Assembly (NCBI GenBank): GCA_002104905.1
Contig: MCFE01000055.1
Location: 131,569 to 195,568 of the forward strand
Direction: 5' to 3'
DNA: 64,000 nt
DNA from: Basidiobolus meristosporus CBS 931.73
Lineage: Eukaryota > Fungi > Basidiobolomycota
Every line of letters starts with the position of its first letter. Positions within the stretch are counted from its first letter, which is position 1. Under the pieces are notes generated by a model. The model did no database searches. It saw nothing but the letters and a program-made list of their open reading frames with translations, and was not told the DNA's origin. A program made the translations under genes and the position numbers. Of this stretch, positions 25,290 through 39,824 are shown piece after piece.

Positions 25290-27028
25290 ATGCCTTCTTC
25301 TGAGAACGATTCGCCAATACTGCAAAGGATATTAGGATGCATTGAAGAGCTACAGAAAGATCAGCAAAATCTGTCAAGCAAGGTTGGTTAGCCCGTTCAG
25401 GTTCGTTTACAGACCGGCCCAAGTACTAATCCATATCTTCCATGAAGCTGGAGTCTTTCCAGAAAGAAATCAAGGGACAGCTCGCCTCCACGCTACCAAC
25501 ATCCAGCGCGACAGCCAAACCCGATTCCTCCAAATCGACTTCGGATAAAAGCTGCTCTACTGGTAAGATAGTCATTGCATGGGCCCTAAAGTTGCCATAA
25601 GAATCGCCCTCATTGATATATTAGATCCTGGCGTAGGGAAACTTCCCTCCCCTGTTCTGGGCCCCATTGAAATTAGCTCCAAAGAGCAGATTCCCCAAGC
25701 CAAGAAGCAGTATGGATCAAGAATCATCTTGACAAGTAAGCATAGCCAAGAGTAACGCTCCTGTAATTTCACACTAACAAAGATCTGCCTTAGCCTACCC
25801 TCACCAAGTCGGCATCAATCCCATCCCTTTGGAATGGGGTGCCAAAGATGCACAAACTCGCGGACCGGTTGTAGTGTCGCGCCATCCAAATTCATTCAGA
25901 GTTCGTAATGCCATTGGGGCTTATGGTGGCTCCTACTGTATATATCGTGCTCTTGCAGTTGCCATTGGTGAGCTAGAGCCTGCCCACCTTCCCAACTTTG
26001 CGAACACCCAGCCCCATGCGGAGATTGGGCCACATCCACAATGGTTTGATCCAAAGAAGATTGTTTCCTTCGATCCCTTTGGGCATACTATCGTCCGTGA
26101 TCACGTTGACCATTTAAAAAACGGCATCGATATCCGTCCTACCATCGCCATCACCAAAGCTAACATGACTCTTCCTGATTTGGAGAACAGTGTGACGAAG
26201 AAGCGTTTCCAAGTAGACAAGAAGATCGTGCTCAACGAGAAAGGCGATCTCAGAGTCACCAAAGCTGCTGTAGAGCCAGTGTGGTATCTTCCAGGTGTTG
26301 CAGAACGATTCAACATTGATGAAGGAACTCTAAGACGTGCACTTTTCGAAGATACTGGAGGAATGTATCCGGAGTTGATTACTAGGCCCGACCTAAAAGT
26401 GTTCATGCCACCTATTGGTGGCCTCACCGTCTACATATTTGGTGATCCGAGCAATGTTTCAAACCCAGAAAAACGCTTGACACTGCGCATCCATGACGAA
26501 TGTAACGGGTCCGATGTTTTTGGATCCGACATTTGTACGTGCAGACCTTACCTCATATACGGTATTGAAGAAGCTGTCAAAGAAGCCCAGAATGGTGGCT
26601 CTGGGGTTATCGTATACTTCCGCAAGGAGGGGCGTGCACTTGGTGAAGTGACGAAGTACCTTGTGTATAATGCACGTAAAAGGCAAGAGGGTGGCGATAC
26701 CGCAGACAATTACTTCTTACGTACCGAATGTATTGCCGGAGTGAAGGACATGCGATTCCAAGCGCTAATGCCAGATGTTCTGCATTGGTTAGGAATCACT
26801 AAAATCGACAGAATGATGTCCATGTCGAATATGAAGCATGATGCCATCACTAGTGCTGGCATTAAAATCTTGGAAAGAGTTCCAATTCCGGATGAATTGG
26901 TGCCCCCAGATTCTAGAGTCGAGATAGATGCGAAGATCGCTTCTGGTTACTTCACTACTGGCGAGATCCCCACTGCCGAGAAATTAGCTGAAGTCAAGGG
27001 TCGTGGTTGGGATGACCTGCAGCATTAG
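25290..27028 (+). CDS. URC1: URC1/Urg1 GTP-cyclohydrolase-II-like uracil catabolism protein
   Basis: Three short 5' exons lead into RIILTTYPHQVGINPIPLEWGA..RGPVV, RNAIGAYGGSY and the Zn-site RIHDECNGSDVFGSDICTCRPYL, plus RKEGRALGEVTKYLVYNARKRQ. Confidence 0.92.
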
Positions 27029-27681
27029 GCAGCTATCAATAATCTGTCAACCTGTTCGGAATTCAGCGGTTCACGAGCTTTCGGTACTATTTCCCATTCT
27101 TACAATAATAATAAAGATAAGCCACTTCAAATCCAATCATCACTTAGGATCCGTTTGTATGGATCTTCCAAATGCGGCAAGTACACAGGCGTTGAGCATG
27201 AATGCTCTATGATTTCATATCGATTTCTATCAACTCAGCAATGTAGTTTATTCGTTGGAGGTCAGGAGTAGTGACGGTGTGAGTTGGAAGCCAGCAGCTT
27301 ACATGTATATTCAATGATTGCTTACTTTGCGACTGGAATTGCGTAATAGTGGCTTGTCTTCAAACCATTGGAAGGCTATGGAAGTGATTGTTTAATTGTC
27401 CCAAGCATTTGGGTATTGCGGGAAATTGGGGATTTCTGTTCATTAGGTAAGGACATTTCTGAAGTATTTATGATTGCTTTATTGTTTTTATATATACAAA
27501 ACGAGGTTGGGTGCAGGTAATTGAATTCGGAGGTTCATAAGGAATAACGTTGGGTGGAGAAGGGTACTGGCCAAATATGATATAATAATGAGGTGAAAGT
27601 CAATTCGGGTACTTTATGAGCAGCTGAATCTAGGTATTGAATGAACGGCATTATAAATGTATATATCTATATCTCCCGTTT

Positions 27682-29245
27682 CTAGGACTCCTGCCCATTG
27701 TTGAGCAACCGCATGCTTTGTGTATAAACAAAGAATGTTGTAGCATTCAACGGAAAGGCTCGAAGAATAGTAGCATTCATACCGCGGAAAAGAACTGAAA
27801 TCCCTTCCTCACGATAACACTTGATAATACAGTCCACTACACCACGATAGCGCGGTGTGGCATTATTGGTTACATCCGCTTGAATCTTCGTCTTCACAAC
27901 ATCTATCACAATAAAGGTGTAAGTTGCTACATCCACACATAAGCACATCATAGCAAAGTTTACCAAATGGATATGTTGACACCCAAGCACATATACCAGC
28001 AAATCCACCGGCAACGATTAACCCGAGAGAACCCAAGTCGTCAGTTGATTTCCCGGCTGGGGTTAGCATTCTACACAATATCTCGTACGATACAAAATAG
28101 GGACCAAAACTGAATTCACGTAGGATAGTGGGCCATAAGCCACGATAGCATGCAACTACACCGCCAGCCCTATAGGTTTTCAGGAAGCAATCCATAGGCC
28201 CTTTGTAGTAGTTCCTACTTTTCAACTGTTCTGGCCCTTGGTTTTGCAACCGGATCTTTGCCAATTCCATAGGACAGCTTACAAAGCTGGGCTTGTTTTA
28301 ATAATGAGCCGCTGGAATAAAATCAGGAAACTCTCTCTTACCTGTTGACAGTACCAGTTACTATACCCGCAATAAACATCTGTTTATATGTGGCATCTCC
28401 ATCAGAACCCTGCATCTGGAAATTCAACGCTGATTCGTACACACCAAATGCCAGGGCGTTTACTAAAGCCACGCCAGCCTAATCCCAAGAATGTGCCTTA
28501 GCTTCAATTGTAATGTTGCGCGACTAGTTACAGTGCAATCAATCACATACCATTGGTGATGCCTATATTCAGAGAAAGGTACAAGAGTTAAAATCCGTCC
28601 GATACATATGGCTTGTTTCCACATACCATTCCTTTAAATAGACCTCGAACCTAGATAGGATGGACAATTAGTCATAAATCAAGTTGAAAAAGTGCAAAGC
28701 TCGCAGTACCCCTTCATATCTGACAATCGATGAGAAACAATGTGCTGTTCCTCTATATAGAGCATGAGATTTTGTTTGTGTCTGAAGTCTAACTTTGACT
28801 AGAATTGTGGAGTTTGGTTAAAAATGGAACTTCAGGGAGTAATATAGGTGAATAAGCCACGACGTACCAGTATCTGTTAACACGCAGAGTTAAAGAGAGA
28901 AAGTATCGAGGGCAAATAGGATAAGTTTAGAGAGTTGACTATAAGATAGTTTAGTATTCTGAAAGTTTTACCAAAAGGATGACCAACTATTAAACCAGCA
29001 CAGCCTACAGAAACCCCAAGCTCAGCTATTCTGCTCCGAATAAAAAAAGTAGACAACAAGAAATACCTCCAAGTGTGCCAGCAAGAAAACTCTTCCACGC
29101 AAAGGTGGGTGTGGTAAATTCTACATGAAAATAAGCTTTAACTTTGTCGAAAACACTCGGTCCCTACTATACAAAGGGCGCTGGTAACCGTGCATATCTT
29201 TGAAAACTTACGAATTTGCTCGTTTTCATATGAGGCAGTAGTCAT
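27682..29245 (-). CDS. Mitochondrial carrier (SLC25A29/45- or carnitine-carrier-like), multi-exon
   Basis: AWKSFLAGTLGGCAGLIVGHPFD, VRGLFKGM, PMELAKIRLQ, WVSTYPF..VVKTKIQ, LRAFPLNATTFFVY. The 5' exons were assembled by eye. Confidence 0.85.
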
Positions 29246-29649
29246 TACACAAAAGAGTAGATATTTATTATGTTAAAAAGCGGAAGGGGTAAGGACTCGG
29301 ATATATAAAAACGATAAAGAGGTGAGAAGAGAGGAAATGTAGGGAGGCAAAAGAATGCAATGATGGAGATGTTGTGGTGAATTTTAAGGTTGAGGATATT
29401 GAAATCACTTTCCCACGTAGTGAATTTGGCAGTCACCGACAGTCCTTGCCCACGCATTACAGACCCTCAATTTTATATATGCAAGCTGAGAATACATTTA
29501 GCAAGTGTAGCCGTATTTCTGGGAAAATTCTGCTGAAATTACGAAAAATAAGCAGATCTAGCAGAAATCCAATCAAATTGGAAGCGAAGACAGTGAAACC
29601 AAACTAGGTGTAAGCCAATGATTATGGTCACACGACTTTGTTTTATTTC

Positions 29650-30370
29650 ACCGCTGTTCTGCTGCACGGTTGGTGCCCAACACTGCATCATTAGTCAGCT
29701 GATTGAGGGATTCTGAGAATTATCATCAGCATAGACTTTCCCACCGTACACCAATAGGCACCATATCTTCCCACCATATATCACCAACGGTGCCAGCTTC
29801 CAGTCAGGATTCTTCAGATATTCTCATCATTGTTTACCAACCTCATGCGTACTGAGCTATACTGTGGATGAGTACCCCTATCTTTTGTAATAACATCCAT
29901 TAATTAGGGTCAACTCTGCTGCAGCATTTCTATGGATACCCATATGCCTTCCAACTGAAATAATGTAGCTGCACTCTTGGGTTACCCACAACCATGACCA
30001 GATATGATCGATCCTATCCAAGGAATCAACAGCCCCTGAAATTCCCATCATTATGTATCCTGAGATAGGGATTACGACTTAAAACGTGTTCTGATTTGTA
30101 AGTTATGTCACTGGGCAAGGCTTGATGGTGGAATCGGAGCCTCCCCCTCCGTAATACGTCGACTGTACATTCGTTATATTCCATCAGTAGACCGATACAC
30201 CGGCCATCATACACCCTTGCCTTCTCATGTGCAATGACCAAAGGCGTATGGGATGCAAGTCCGGAGAGGCTCTGCTGCAACATCCAGGGCTTTCCCCAAG
30301 AACTACATGTATTCCGGAGTACTGTACAAATGCTATTGTGGTACGAGTAGTACGGCTGGCATGCAAACAT
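29650..30370 (-). pseudogene. Decayed RTE-like non-LTR retrotransposon RT fragment
   Basis: Colinear minus-strand remnants: LHPIRLWSLHM (YRPIRLLSH-like), GLLMEYNE, LMDVITKD and KIWCLLVYGGKVYADD, interrupted by stops and frameshifts. Confidence 0.4.
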
Positions 30371-32053
30371 ACAATAACCCTTCGCGGTCATATGCGACTG
30401 TGGTGACTTGGCAGTATCTTGACTGTTGTGGGGTTTCACCAATATTGATTAAAACAATCATGGGACTGTCCGGAAGTTTGTACCTGGACTGCTAACTACT
30501 AATGGACAAAAAGCATCCAGATAGGTAGTTTCTAAGACCAGTGGTCCATTAAATAGAGTTCCATTGAAATCATCCCTAGCGATAGCACTTTTTCTGAGCA
30601 TTGCCACATGCATTAATGCTCAAAACCCTGCGAGGACTCCTTCCTGTCAATACTCTCAAACCAGCACCAAGGTATTCTGCTCCGAATTGATACACCTACC
30701 CGCAAATATCCGTCCGACCTAATTGGCGAAGGCCCAAGGCTATTCATCACCCATTCACCCACTAAACAGAATGATGGAATTCGTTTTTTCTTTCAAATTG
30801 GGTAGAGCAAGCTCAGCCTGATATGATCAAGGTCACATGAATAATCCAATTACTGTTGACATGCAGCGCTCGTGGGCCCTTGGCGCCCATTGGCAGGTGG
30901 TCACTAATCAGCCTAATGGGAATATTACGAAGTATGTCCTATATACCAGAGTGATCTTATAGTTTTTGTATATAGGGCTACTCTGCTTGGCCCAGTCACC
31001 AAAAGATGTTATTTAGCAATGGAGAAGCCAAACTGAATTTCGGTTGCTCAATATGGATATCTTGGAGTGGTAATGATTGCTACACATTCCACATACCGTC
31101 ACAAAGTAAGAAGAGTGCAGTTTACAGCACATCCCCTAGGGCCTCAGTTGCAGGTTTCGCGGTGCTATAAACCAATTTTCGGTATTGGGAAAGCAGTAGT
31201 CGGGAGTTGGCAGATATGTGATGAACTTCAACCGGATTTAAAGAGAATAGCCATCCCATGATGTTTCTTGCAGACAGCCCTATGATCCTATACTCTGACC
31301 ACGACTGGCCATAAAGGTGCAAACTCGCTGTCGACAGAGTCAACTAATGGGTGATTTCCTCCATCGAAAGTTTGGTAAATGCTCACACTCATCCTATTAT
31401 AAATCTAAGCCCATTCCACATCAAAGATGTATACTCTTCAACTCGTGTCTTCCTTGGAAAGCATAAGGTGACAAACTTGTTCAATTTACTATGAACTGGT
31501 TTTTTCTCGCATTGAAGCATCTGCCTAGGCATTGCCTATGAAATGCTGACATATACAGGGCAGGGAAAAGCCAACAAAATTCCATCCAGAAGCCACATGA
31601 TTTGGTGGGGAAATCCAGTTGTTCCTTTCTCAGCATATTCCTATGTTGATCAGTGAGTTACATATCTCAGTTGACATGCTTTTGAATTCATATGTAGTCA
31701 ACGCATGGGCTGATCAGGATTCGAAATTTCTGCAAATTACTTGGTGTGACATGGGACATGATGTGTTTCCACTGCTCTCCGTGATACTAGATGGATTCAA
31801 GCCTCAACCATTGTAAAATTTGTAACTTAGCCAAACGACAGAACCATATGCGCTTAGTAATGGGAGGTTTTGATTGGCATAGCGGTACCGGCATTGTTCC
31901 CATGCTAGGGGTTAGAGCTAAATATGTCCACTGGACTTCTTTGTAATCGTATAGGGAGTATCGCCAGCCAGCTTAATAAATTACCATTGATGCTGCAAAC
32001 AAGTATAAATATATACACCAGCCAATTCAAGGAATCTTGGCAGCTTCGTTCAG

Positions 32054-33128
32054 ATGTCTTCGAACACTTTAATTGTGTATGACTTTGACTGGTAACAGTA
32101 CGCTACTTGTTGCATCTCTATTAATGCATTTTTTAACATGGCGCTCGATGCTTCCAAATCGTTTAGGTCCTTAATTGACGAGGATAGGTAACGGTTTGTA
32201 GGAAACTTCTCATCGTCCATCTCGCAGCTTACACCATCTTCTCCGTGATTAGTGATAACTTTTTGGTGAGTAAATTGAGCGCGCTCCTGGGCCAAAAAAT
32301 GAGCACATTCGAGACAGATACGACATGGACTGAAAATCTGAACGATATTCAGATAGACAAGTCATGGACTGATCTAATGGTAAGCAGAAGCAGCTATTCG
32401 CCGTGATATAAGAGTTAATCCATTCTCATTTTAGAATCAACTTCTGAGTGAGCTTCATGAGTTGGGATTCACTGAGAAGCAAATGGACGCCATATGGGCC
32501 CAAATCCCCTTCAACGAGGACATGATCAAAGCCCTTCATATTGCCAAAGCAGCAAATGCTGATATAATGATCATCTCGGACGCAAATACCATAGCTATAT
32601 CCAGGATTTTAACCCATTACCAAATCAACAACCTATTTACCAAGATCATCACCAATCCAGCCCAATGGAGCGACGAGGGGAAACTTGTGGTGGATCGACT
32701 CGTGCCGAAGGAAACGCCACACGGTTGTCGTACCATGGCCGAAGGCTATGGCAGGACTTGCTGTGCAAACATGTGTAAAGGACAAGAAATTACTCGGATG
32801 ATCCAAGAAAAATATGCGAAAGTCGTATACGTAGGGGATGGTGCGAATGACTTTTGCCCAATCACGAGGCTAAGAGCGTGGGTAATTTCGATTTTCGAAG
32901 ATCTGACCATTTTTAATCATCCCCTTTCTTTTTAGAAACGATATAGCGCTTGTACGTCGTAACCGAGTATTAAGCAATATCCTTGAAACGCCCAGCTCAC
33001 GTGCGCAGATTCAGGCGAATATAATATTCTGGTCAGAAGCTGTTGATGTTTTAAGCACTTATCAAGGCCTGTTCCAGCCCCTTTCCCAGGAGCCTGATCT
33101 TGCCGCAAAGCTAGCCATATCCTATTAA
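32054..33128 (+). CDS. PHOSPHO1/2-like HAD phosphatase (Put_Phosphatase family), 5 exons
   Basis: MSSNTLIVYDFDWSLIDEDSD (HAD motif I), IISDANTI, ITNPA, C..NMCKG, VYVGDGANDFCP (motif IV); TAA at 33126-33128. Confidence 0.87.
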
Positions 33129-33394
33129 CAAATACTTCGGCTCCATTCCTCCATGTGCGACAATAAACAGGATGAAACGTTGAAAGATCAGGGAGATTGT
33201 AGCAAGTTCCATAGCAAATCTAGATTGATCTTAGATTCAATCGACTCCATCTAAAACAAGGAACGGGTAGTCGTATGAAGGAGCATTGCTTTATTGAATA
33301 TTTGAATTCGCATAAGACCAACATACAAAGTATTCTATGAGGTTTTGTGGTAGATTCATTTACGATAAACGTTTAAATGATATGTTACAATGGA

Positions 33395-36300
33395 TCAATG
33401 GGTTGGGTTTTTGACGCTTTCAGGCTCTGCAGTCATTTTCTTCATTTGAGCACTGAGTGCAATGCCAGGAACAAAGGCAACATGGCTTTCGGCACCAATT
33501 GCCGAATTGAGCTCTGGGCCTTCTTGAGATTGGGGCTTGTCGGAAAGATCGATGTCGTTCATATTGCGATTGGGGTCCAATTGTGCATATTTGCGAACCA
33601 TTTGTAGTTCCTCCATCAATGTTTGATATCTGAAAGCAAGTCGGATGTCTGGGACGTTCGTCTTGCGCATATCTGTATTTCTCTTGGTTAGAGCGATATT
33701 CAATATGAACTTAAATGAGTCAACCTACCATTGCCATCGGGGCCTGGAATATGACAGGTTTCTCCAACAAAGTGTCTCTTGACTGCCATTTCAAAACCAC
33801 TCTGCAATACACTATTGCGAGCCAATTCGCACATATCGACATTGGAAAGCTTCCAAATCTGAAGGTAATTGGGTTAGAGAATGATACTTTGATCTGAAGC
33901 TAACAGAGGTCGTACCTGAGCTGCAACACTATACTCCTCGATGAGAGGCTCCTTGGTAAAGTGGAATTGAAGTGGATCATCGGTAGAAAGACTGATGTTC
34001 AAACCACGACGGAAGAAGGTGGGGAATGGATTACGCTCGTAATTTAGGAAGAGAGCGTTGTTACTCAATGGTGACATAGCGAGACCGATCTGCTTCAAGT
34101 AGTAGAGGTACTGTAGGGCAGGAACCTTACGAAGAAGGATTCCGTGATTGATACTCCACGATGTAAGATAGGCCGATGCCAAATGGTCAGTATCACCAGC
34201 TTCGCCAGAGTGAGGACGAAGAACAAAGGTACCTGTTGGAATGAAGGAGATGAGCTAATGTTGATCAATCGGCTAATTCACAATAGTTCAACTTACAGAA
34301 TCCACGCTCTTTTCTCCAGTGGTTGAGGGAAGCGATGTTGGCAAACATATAGTACAGATAGTAGGTGTATGGAGGATTGAGTGGCATATCCCAAGCCTTG
34401 GGGAGGGGATATTTACGATGAATACGGCGCTCAGCCTTACTTTCATCGTCGACACTGTCGAAACCAACCACTCTCTGAAGGAAGATATGAAGATCGGGAT
34501 GAGTTGAAGGATCTTTGGTAACTTCGAACAGAGGATGGAAAATATCTATCAAGCGATGGTATCAGCAAAAATTCAACAACACAAAGAAACTTGCTGCGTT
34601 AACGTACTGTAAACGATTTGTTCGAAGTTCTCCACAATCTCAGTGCTCTTGTACACATTGTACAAACGTGGGATTTGAATGAGCCAGCGCACATTAGGAG
34701 AGATCAGTTTGTTGTTGATGACCCAGCTGGCCAGTTTGTCCCACTCGGTAACAGATCTGGGAGCCCGGTTTAGAACGATAGAACAATCAAGTATTCAAAG
34801 CAATAGCTAACCTTCCGTAAATTGATATTCTGTACTCCGCAAGCTGATACTTGCTAGCTTCCAAATCGCCAATTACCTCTGTTCGCAACAATTAGAATCG
34901 GGTATCAATATTGTTAAATCCTACAATACGAACAACCCACCTTTGGTGAGCTCAGCAAGATAGGATCCCTGGATCTTGTTGTCAGTCTTCAAGAAGATTT
35001 CTCTCAATCTACTCTCTCCAATAGGGTTATACTTGAGATTGAATTTGTCAAATCGGTGGAAAGAGTCTGTATGGGCCTGTGTAAAAGAAAATCATGTGTT
35101 AACGGACGCAGCAGTGCTAGCATATACGAAAGACCTATTTACATGCATATCCAGAGTATCAATGCTCAAATCATAGACAGTTAGCTTCAAACTCTCGAAT
35201 ACTTGAGCCAAGGTCAAATCCTTGTCGTCACGATGGATAACAACATCCTAGATTACGAAACAACGTTAGTCATCAACCCATTGACCTGAATCCCACGTTG
35301 TACATACATCGGGAGTCTTCTTCAACTTGGATTTGATGAAGCGTAACAGGTGCTTTTGGTTCATGCATGCGGAATGGTGAACGTGCGTATCTACTTTACG
35401 TACGTTGTAGAAATCTCTGTGTGGTACTCGCTGAAGAAAACGGTTTAAATTCCCATCCAGGTAAATGTATGGGATAAAGATACATTACCTTGGAGTCAGC
35501 GATTTCTTGATATTCGTTTAATAGCGCGTACAGATCCCACTTGCTCTCAAGGTAGCGGAGTCGATCAAAAGCGAACGATTTATTTTGGCCATCAGATATG
35601 ACACCTAGGATGTATTCTAGGTCCTGATAGTAATCTTTGATAGATGGGATGCGATAAGAGGGCTTTCCCTTCTCCAATTCTGCGACAAATCATTAAAACT
35701 AGGCGTCAAGTAAGATGATTACGTGAGCCTACGAACCTTCTTGGGAATGATAGACTTGATATACACCATTTGCGTCCATTTTGAATTCATACTTGAAGAT
35801 CGTCAGATAATGAGCCGTTAATTGTAAACTCTGAATAACCTTCGTACCTGGTGCTTCTCAGGCATTTTGAAATGAGCTTTGTCAAAGTCATGACCGACTG
35901 AAAACTCGCCAGACTTCGAGCCTGGAGGGGGCGGTGGGGGATAGATTTCCCACCCAGGATGGTTTCTAGGATCATCGGTGGGTCGTTGCAAGGACAGAGC
36001 CATGTACTTGTCACGCAAGTCCATACATTTCTGGATATTGGTATAGATTTGCTTTAGCTCCTCGTTGTATTCCTCATCTAGAATGAGGGTTAGTTCCATT
36101 TTCATTCGCGATAAATGAAGGTGGACATACCTTGGACATGCATAGCCTGATAGGCAGCAACCAGGGCTTGAATTCCTTGAGGGGTGCGATTGTCATAAGA
36201 AGCTCTACGAGAAAGAATAGGCTCCTCCTCGGTGGCCTTGACCTGGTGGGCAATGATCTTGGAATCCTCCTGTTGTTGTGTTTAGGATTAGAAAACGCCA

Positions 36301-36454
36301 AGCTAAGGTGGAGCGAAGGGATACTTGCATGCTTCAATGCTTTCTCAGCATGGTAACTGTAGAAAGGGCTGTTTGGGTTCAAGGACTCGTCGGTTGAGAA
36401 CAGAGACTCATCGGTATCAGTATTTTCGACGGATTGAGTATCAAGATTCTCCAT
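33395..36454 (-). CDS. AMD1: AMP deaminase, multi-exon
   Basis: [87 protein letters not shown]. Confidence 0.95.
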
Positions 36455-39019
36455 ATTGACTTGAAAATTAGAAACTCCGGGTGACGGAATGAAGCGGCTT
36501 TTATAGTTCCAGCTGAAGTAAGAATTATCAGGAGAGACACCAAATAGGAAGATGACCAGACAGATACCCAATCTTGCATAGTTAAATTAAAATTTTTCTA
36601 TCATATATCCAGTTTAATCCGTGGTAGTATCAATCCCAACCTGTAGCCATAAGGAGATGTTTTCGCTTACAAGACCATATTTGGATCACGCTGTGGCTGC
36701 ATCAGGTTGATTACGACAGTCTCACAGGACCAGCTTGCTGAAATTGATGAATCTCAATTTTGCAAAAATTTCAATCGTGTAGCACCCAATAGAATTCGTC
36801 ATCTATCTAATGGGATTTGGTGGAATGCGCGATGTCTGATAAAGTCGTATTTGACGGCCAGTAAGATTGCCGCCAATGAGGACCTGAAACCACCGGATGA
36901 GTAGTTCGCTAGGGATCATTGGCCCGCGTGGATGGCATCCTGATGGCCGTTGGGAGAACTAGATTGGAGTAACAGAACGCTACGCAGAAGGCATCCCCAG
37001 GAGATTAGGTTGAGCAATTCATGTCAACGCGACCAAGACATATTGGCCAGAAGTAGCAACGCACTCTGCCCGTCCTGGGTGAAAAAGGAAGCTATGTTAC
37101 TGCTGTGTGGTCGCACAGGTGCCGACACACAAGGAGAATAGCTACTATTTTAAGATACCTAGGTTACTCCGCAATTCATTTCAAAATGATAATCCTGGTG
37201 GAACGGATGTTCTCAGAGAAATGTTACATGGAACGCAAGAGCCCATAAATGGTTTCATTCACAATGAAGCTGCGGCCGATAACTTGTCCTTTTTAGCCTC
37301 ACTTGATTGTTGCATCGGTGGCTTGAGCCACTTTGCGAATTAGCTGGGTGAGGCTTGTGTTGTTGGATCATCGACTACCATCTCGTAGGGCTCAATCGTA
37401 TTGCAGTTTGGGGTTCTGGGTACTAGAACATCTCTTACATCTCTTATTCTGAATAGAACGGAAGCGATTTAAGGTTATCTGGCGAGATGTACCAAGCGTG
37501 GCTTGATGTCAGTGTGGCTGCACAAACCAAGCATGCCTGGGAAGGAGCCATTCGACACAAGGATGGGGGAATTTTGTTCCTCACGAGGTCCCAAGTGTCA
37601 CTAGCCATTCTGTGGAAGTGGCCATTTGGATGTATCACATGTGAGTAATAATCGTAATAGATACTACTCTATTGCATATGCGTGCCTATATTTATCGGCT
37701 TCTGTGAAACAGGCTGATTATGGAAAAATCCTCCAAGAACCATTACCATATATCTGGTGAAAAAAAAAACTTTAAATGCCATGAGAATCTTGAGTAGCTT
37801 AACGTCGTATCCCGTTCTATAGCACCTTCTCCATATAGAGCTGCAGAGAACCAATATGATTCGCCTTTCGCAACGCAGAGTGATTCTCTAGACCGTAATA
37901 GTTGTTCAAGAAGTCCGGGCCCCTTGTAATATTAGACTGTTGTGCGGGCTGGGGCTCCGTAGCTAGTTTAATGGCAAGGAAAATGTAACCATCAACCAGA
38001 ATATGCGGATTTGCCTGCGAAAAGCCGGGGTTCGTCTGTATAGACAAAATATGCGCTGGTTTTAGATAACCTTGTTCTGTTCAATGAATTTTTTTCAATG
38101 CAAGTGATCTCACTCCTACTGGATTCAGATTGTAGCCACATGTATGGAGATTGAAAGCAGAGTTGTTGTCGGGTTAGGTAGACCTAGATCGATGAAGATC
38201 CCTGATCATAATGTGCTTAGCCTGCGATGTTTTTCCTTAATACATGCTCATACGTTTGGGGACTGCATTGCTACCATTTTCAGTATTTGTATTGGCAGGA
38301 TGGCGTAACCTCATTTTTACCTTGTGCATATGGCTTGATTGGCTTGATTGGCTAGATTGTTTATACACCATTTCTCAAGCACTGCAGTGTTGAATGTATC
38401 AAAACATTGGCAAGTCTAGAATTTGACGATGCATCTTCCTAATCCATTCCAGGTAGTTTCCAACGTAATCTAATGATGCAGTTCATCGAAAATCGTTGCA
38501 ATCAAAAATCCAAGGTGTTCTTGAGAGCTGGGACCAGTCGTGTTTTTTTGAACCTCGATTATCATTCATTCCCCTTCGGAACTTGTTTTCAGTTTTCTCT
38601 TCGGCCCAGAATAGGGCTTCTCCAAGGATTTACTTGCTCCTTTGGCTTACTCCTGCTAGAAGTAAGTGCTAGGGGGCCATAACCGCGCCCAGCAACGTCC
38701 CAGAGCGTCCACCAAAGCCCTGACCTGGCACCCAAAGATGTCCCAATAGATTTTATGCTGATTCCCCGGCTCACTCCTTTTCAAGTCATCTCGCACACTT
38801 ACCTATTTTAGTTATATTGTCTCCCTATAGATTTTCAAAGATTCGCACCTTTGCGCTTGATATATAGAATCACAGATGGTTCATTGGTCCTTATCGACAA
38901 AAACAGACAAATGACCGGCCTTTCTGCTAAAGTAAGCAACTTGGGACAGCTTAATGACCATTAGAAATATGTACGAGAAAGATCTCTCTATAAGGATGTG
39001 AAGGATTTTTCCACAATAG

Positions 39020-39345
39020 AGGCTAGTAAACTAAATATTCCAAATGAATAACATGTATTATGGTTTTGCACTTTGCTAATCTTTTGAGCCTAAATCCTGA
39101 ACAGAACGCCGCAGCCACCTCAAGAATCAAACAATTTTAAGTTAGGTGTATTGAAAGAGCAGGTAGATTAAGCATAAATAGTATGTTTATACTTTAACTA
39201 GATCTTGACAAAAAACATGTAGAATATGTTTTGAAAAATCCCAACATGTGTTGAAAGCTTGGGGGTTTTCGGACAGCTTTTATGTTCTGGGCACGGGGCA
39301 TTTTGGTGTAAAACAAAGCTTACTCATAGTGTCAGATTTAAAAAT
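39020..39345 (-). mobile_element. Old, diverged LTR of the copia family at the window end (inverted)
   Basis: Segments such as catgtagaatatg...aacatgtgttgaaagcttggggg align with the reverse complement of the 59452-59801 LTR; boundaries approximate. Confidence 0.55.
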
Positions 39346-39534
39346 TAGTCAAATGGTTATTACAGGATAAAGTAGCTGCAGTACTTGCTTATCCAAGCTA
39401 CAAATCAACTATTTGCGCATATTTGTTCATATTGGTCAGAAAGGCATAAAAATCAATTGGAGTGTTTGATACAGTGTGTTTCATAATGTATATATATCCA
39501 CCAATTTCATCTGTGCCAAATGCCTTTACAAGAT

Positions 39535-39725
39535 ACTAGGGAGTATTGGAAGTGATTTGGAGATCTAGAAGAATTGCATGATACTCACTTTCTGCTTTAC
39601 TGAGTGCAAATAAAGTATTTGTACTTTTGGAAAAGCATTGTAAGAGTAATGCTCAAAGTACATTATGAAATGTTACCAGAAGTGGTTTGCAAAGTTTGGG
39701 GGCTTTTAACAAGTTTGAAAAATCT
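39535..39725 (-). mobile_element. Old, diverged partial LTR of the same family (inverted)
   Basis: gagtattggaagtgatttggaga and tgcaaagtttgggggct match the reverse-complemented LTR; boundaries approximate. Confidence 0.55.
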
Positions 39726-39824
39726 TGGTAACTATCAGACCTTCACTTGGATAACATCTTTGGATTCTATTTAGCTTATTGCTAGTTTGTGGATTATATA
39801 AGCTTTAGTTCCCAAGATATGCAG

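Noticed and set aside
36700-38100. Scattered 60-78 aa ORFs upstream of AMD1, including a CKRC motif
   Set aside because: Frames are broken by stops and give no consistent gene model; possibly transposon debris, but unsupported.
38671-38684. Minus-strand GGTTATGGCCCC resembling a copia-type PBS
   Set aside because: No adjacent LTR end or gag sequence.
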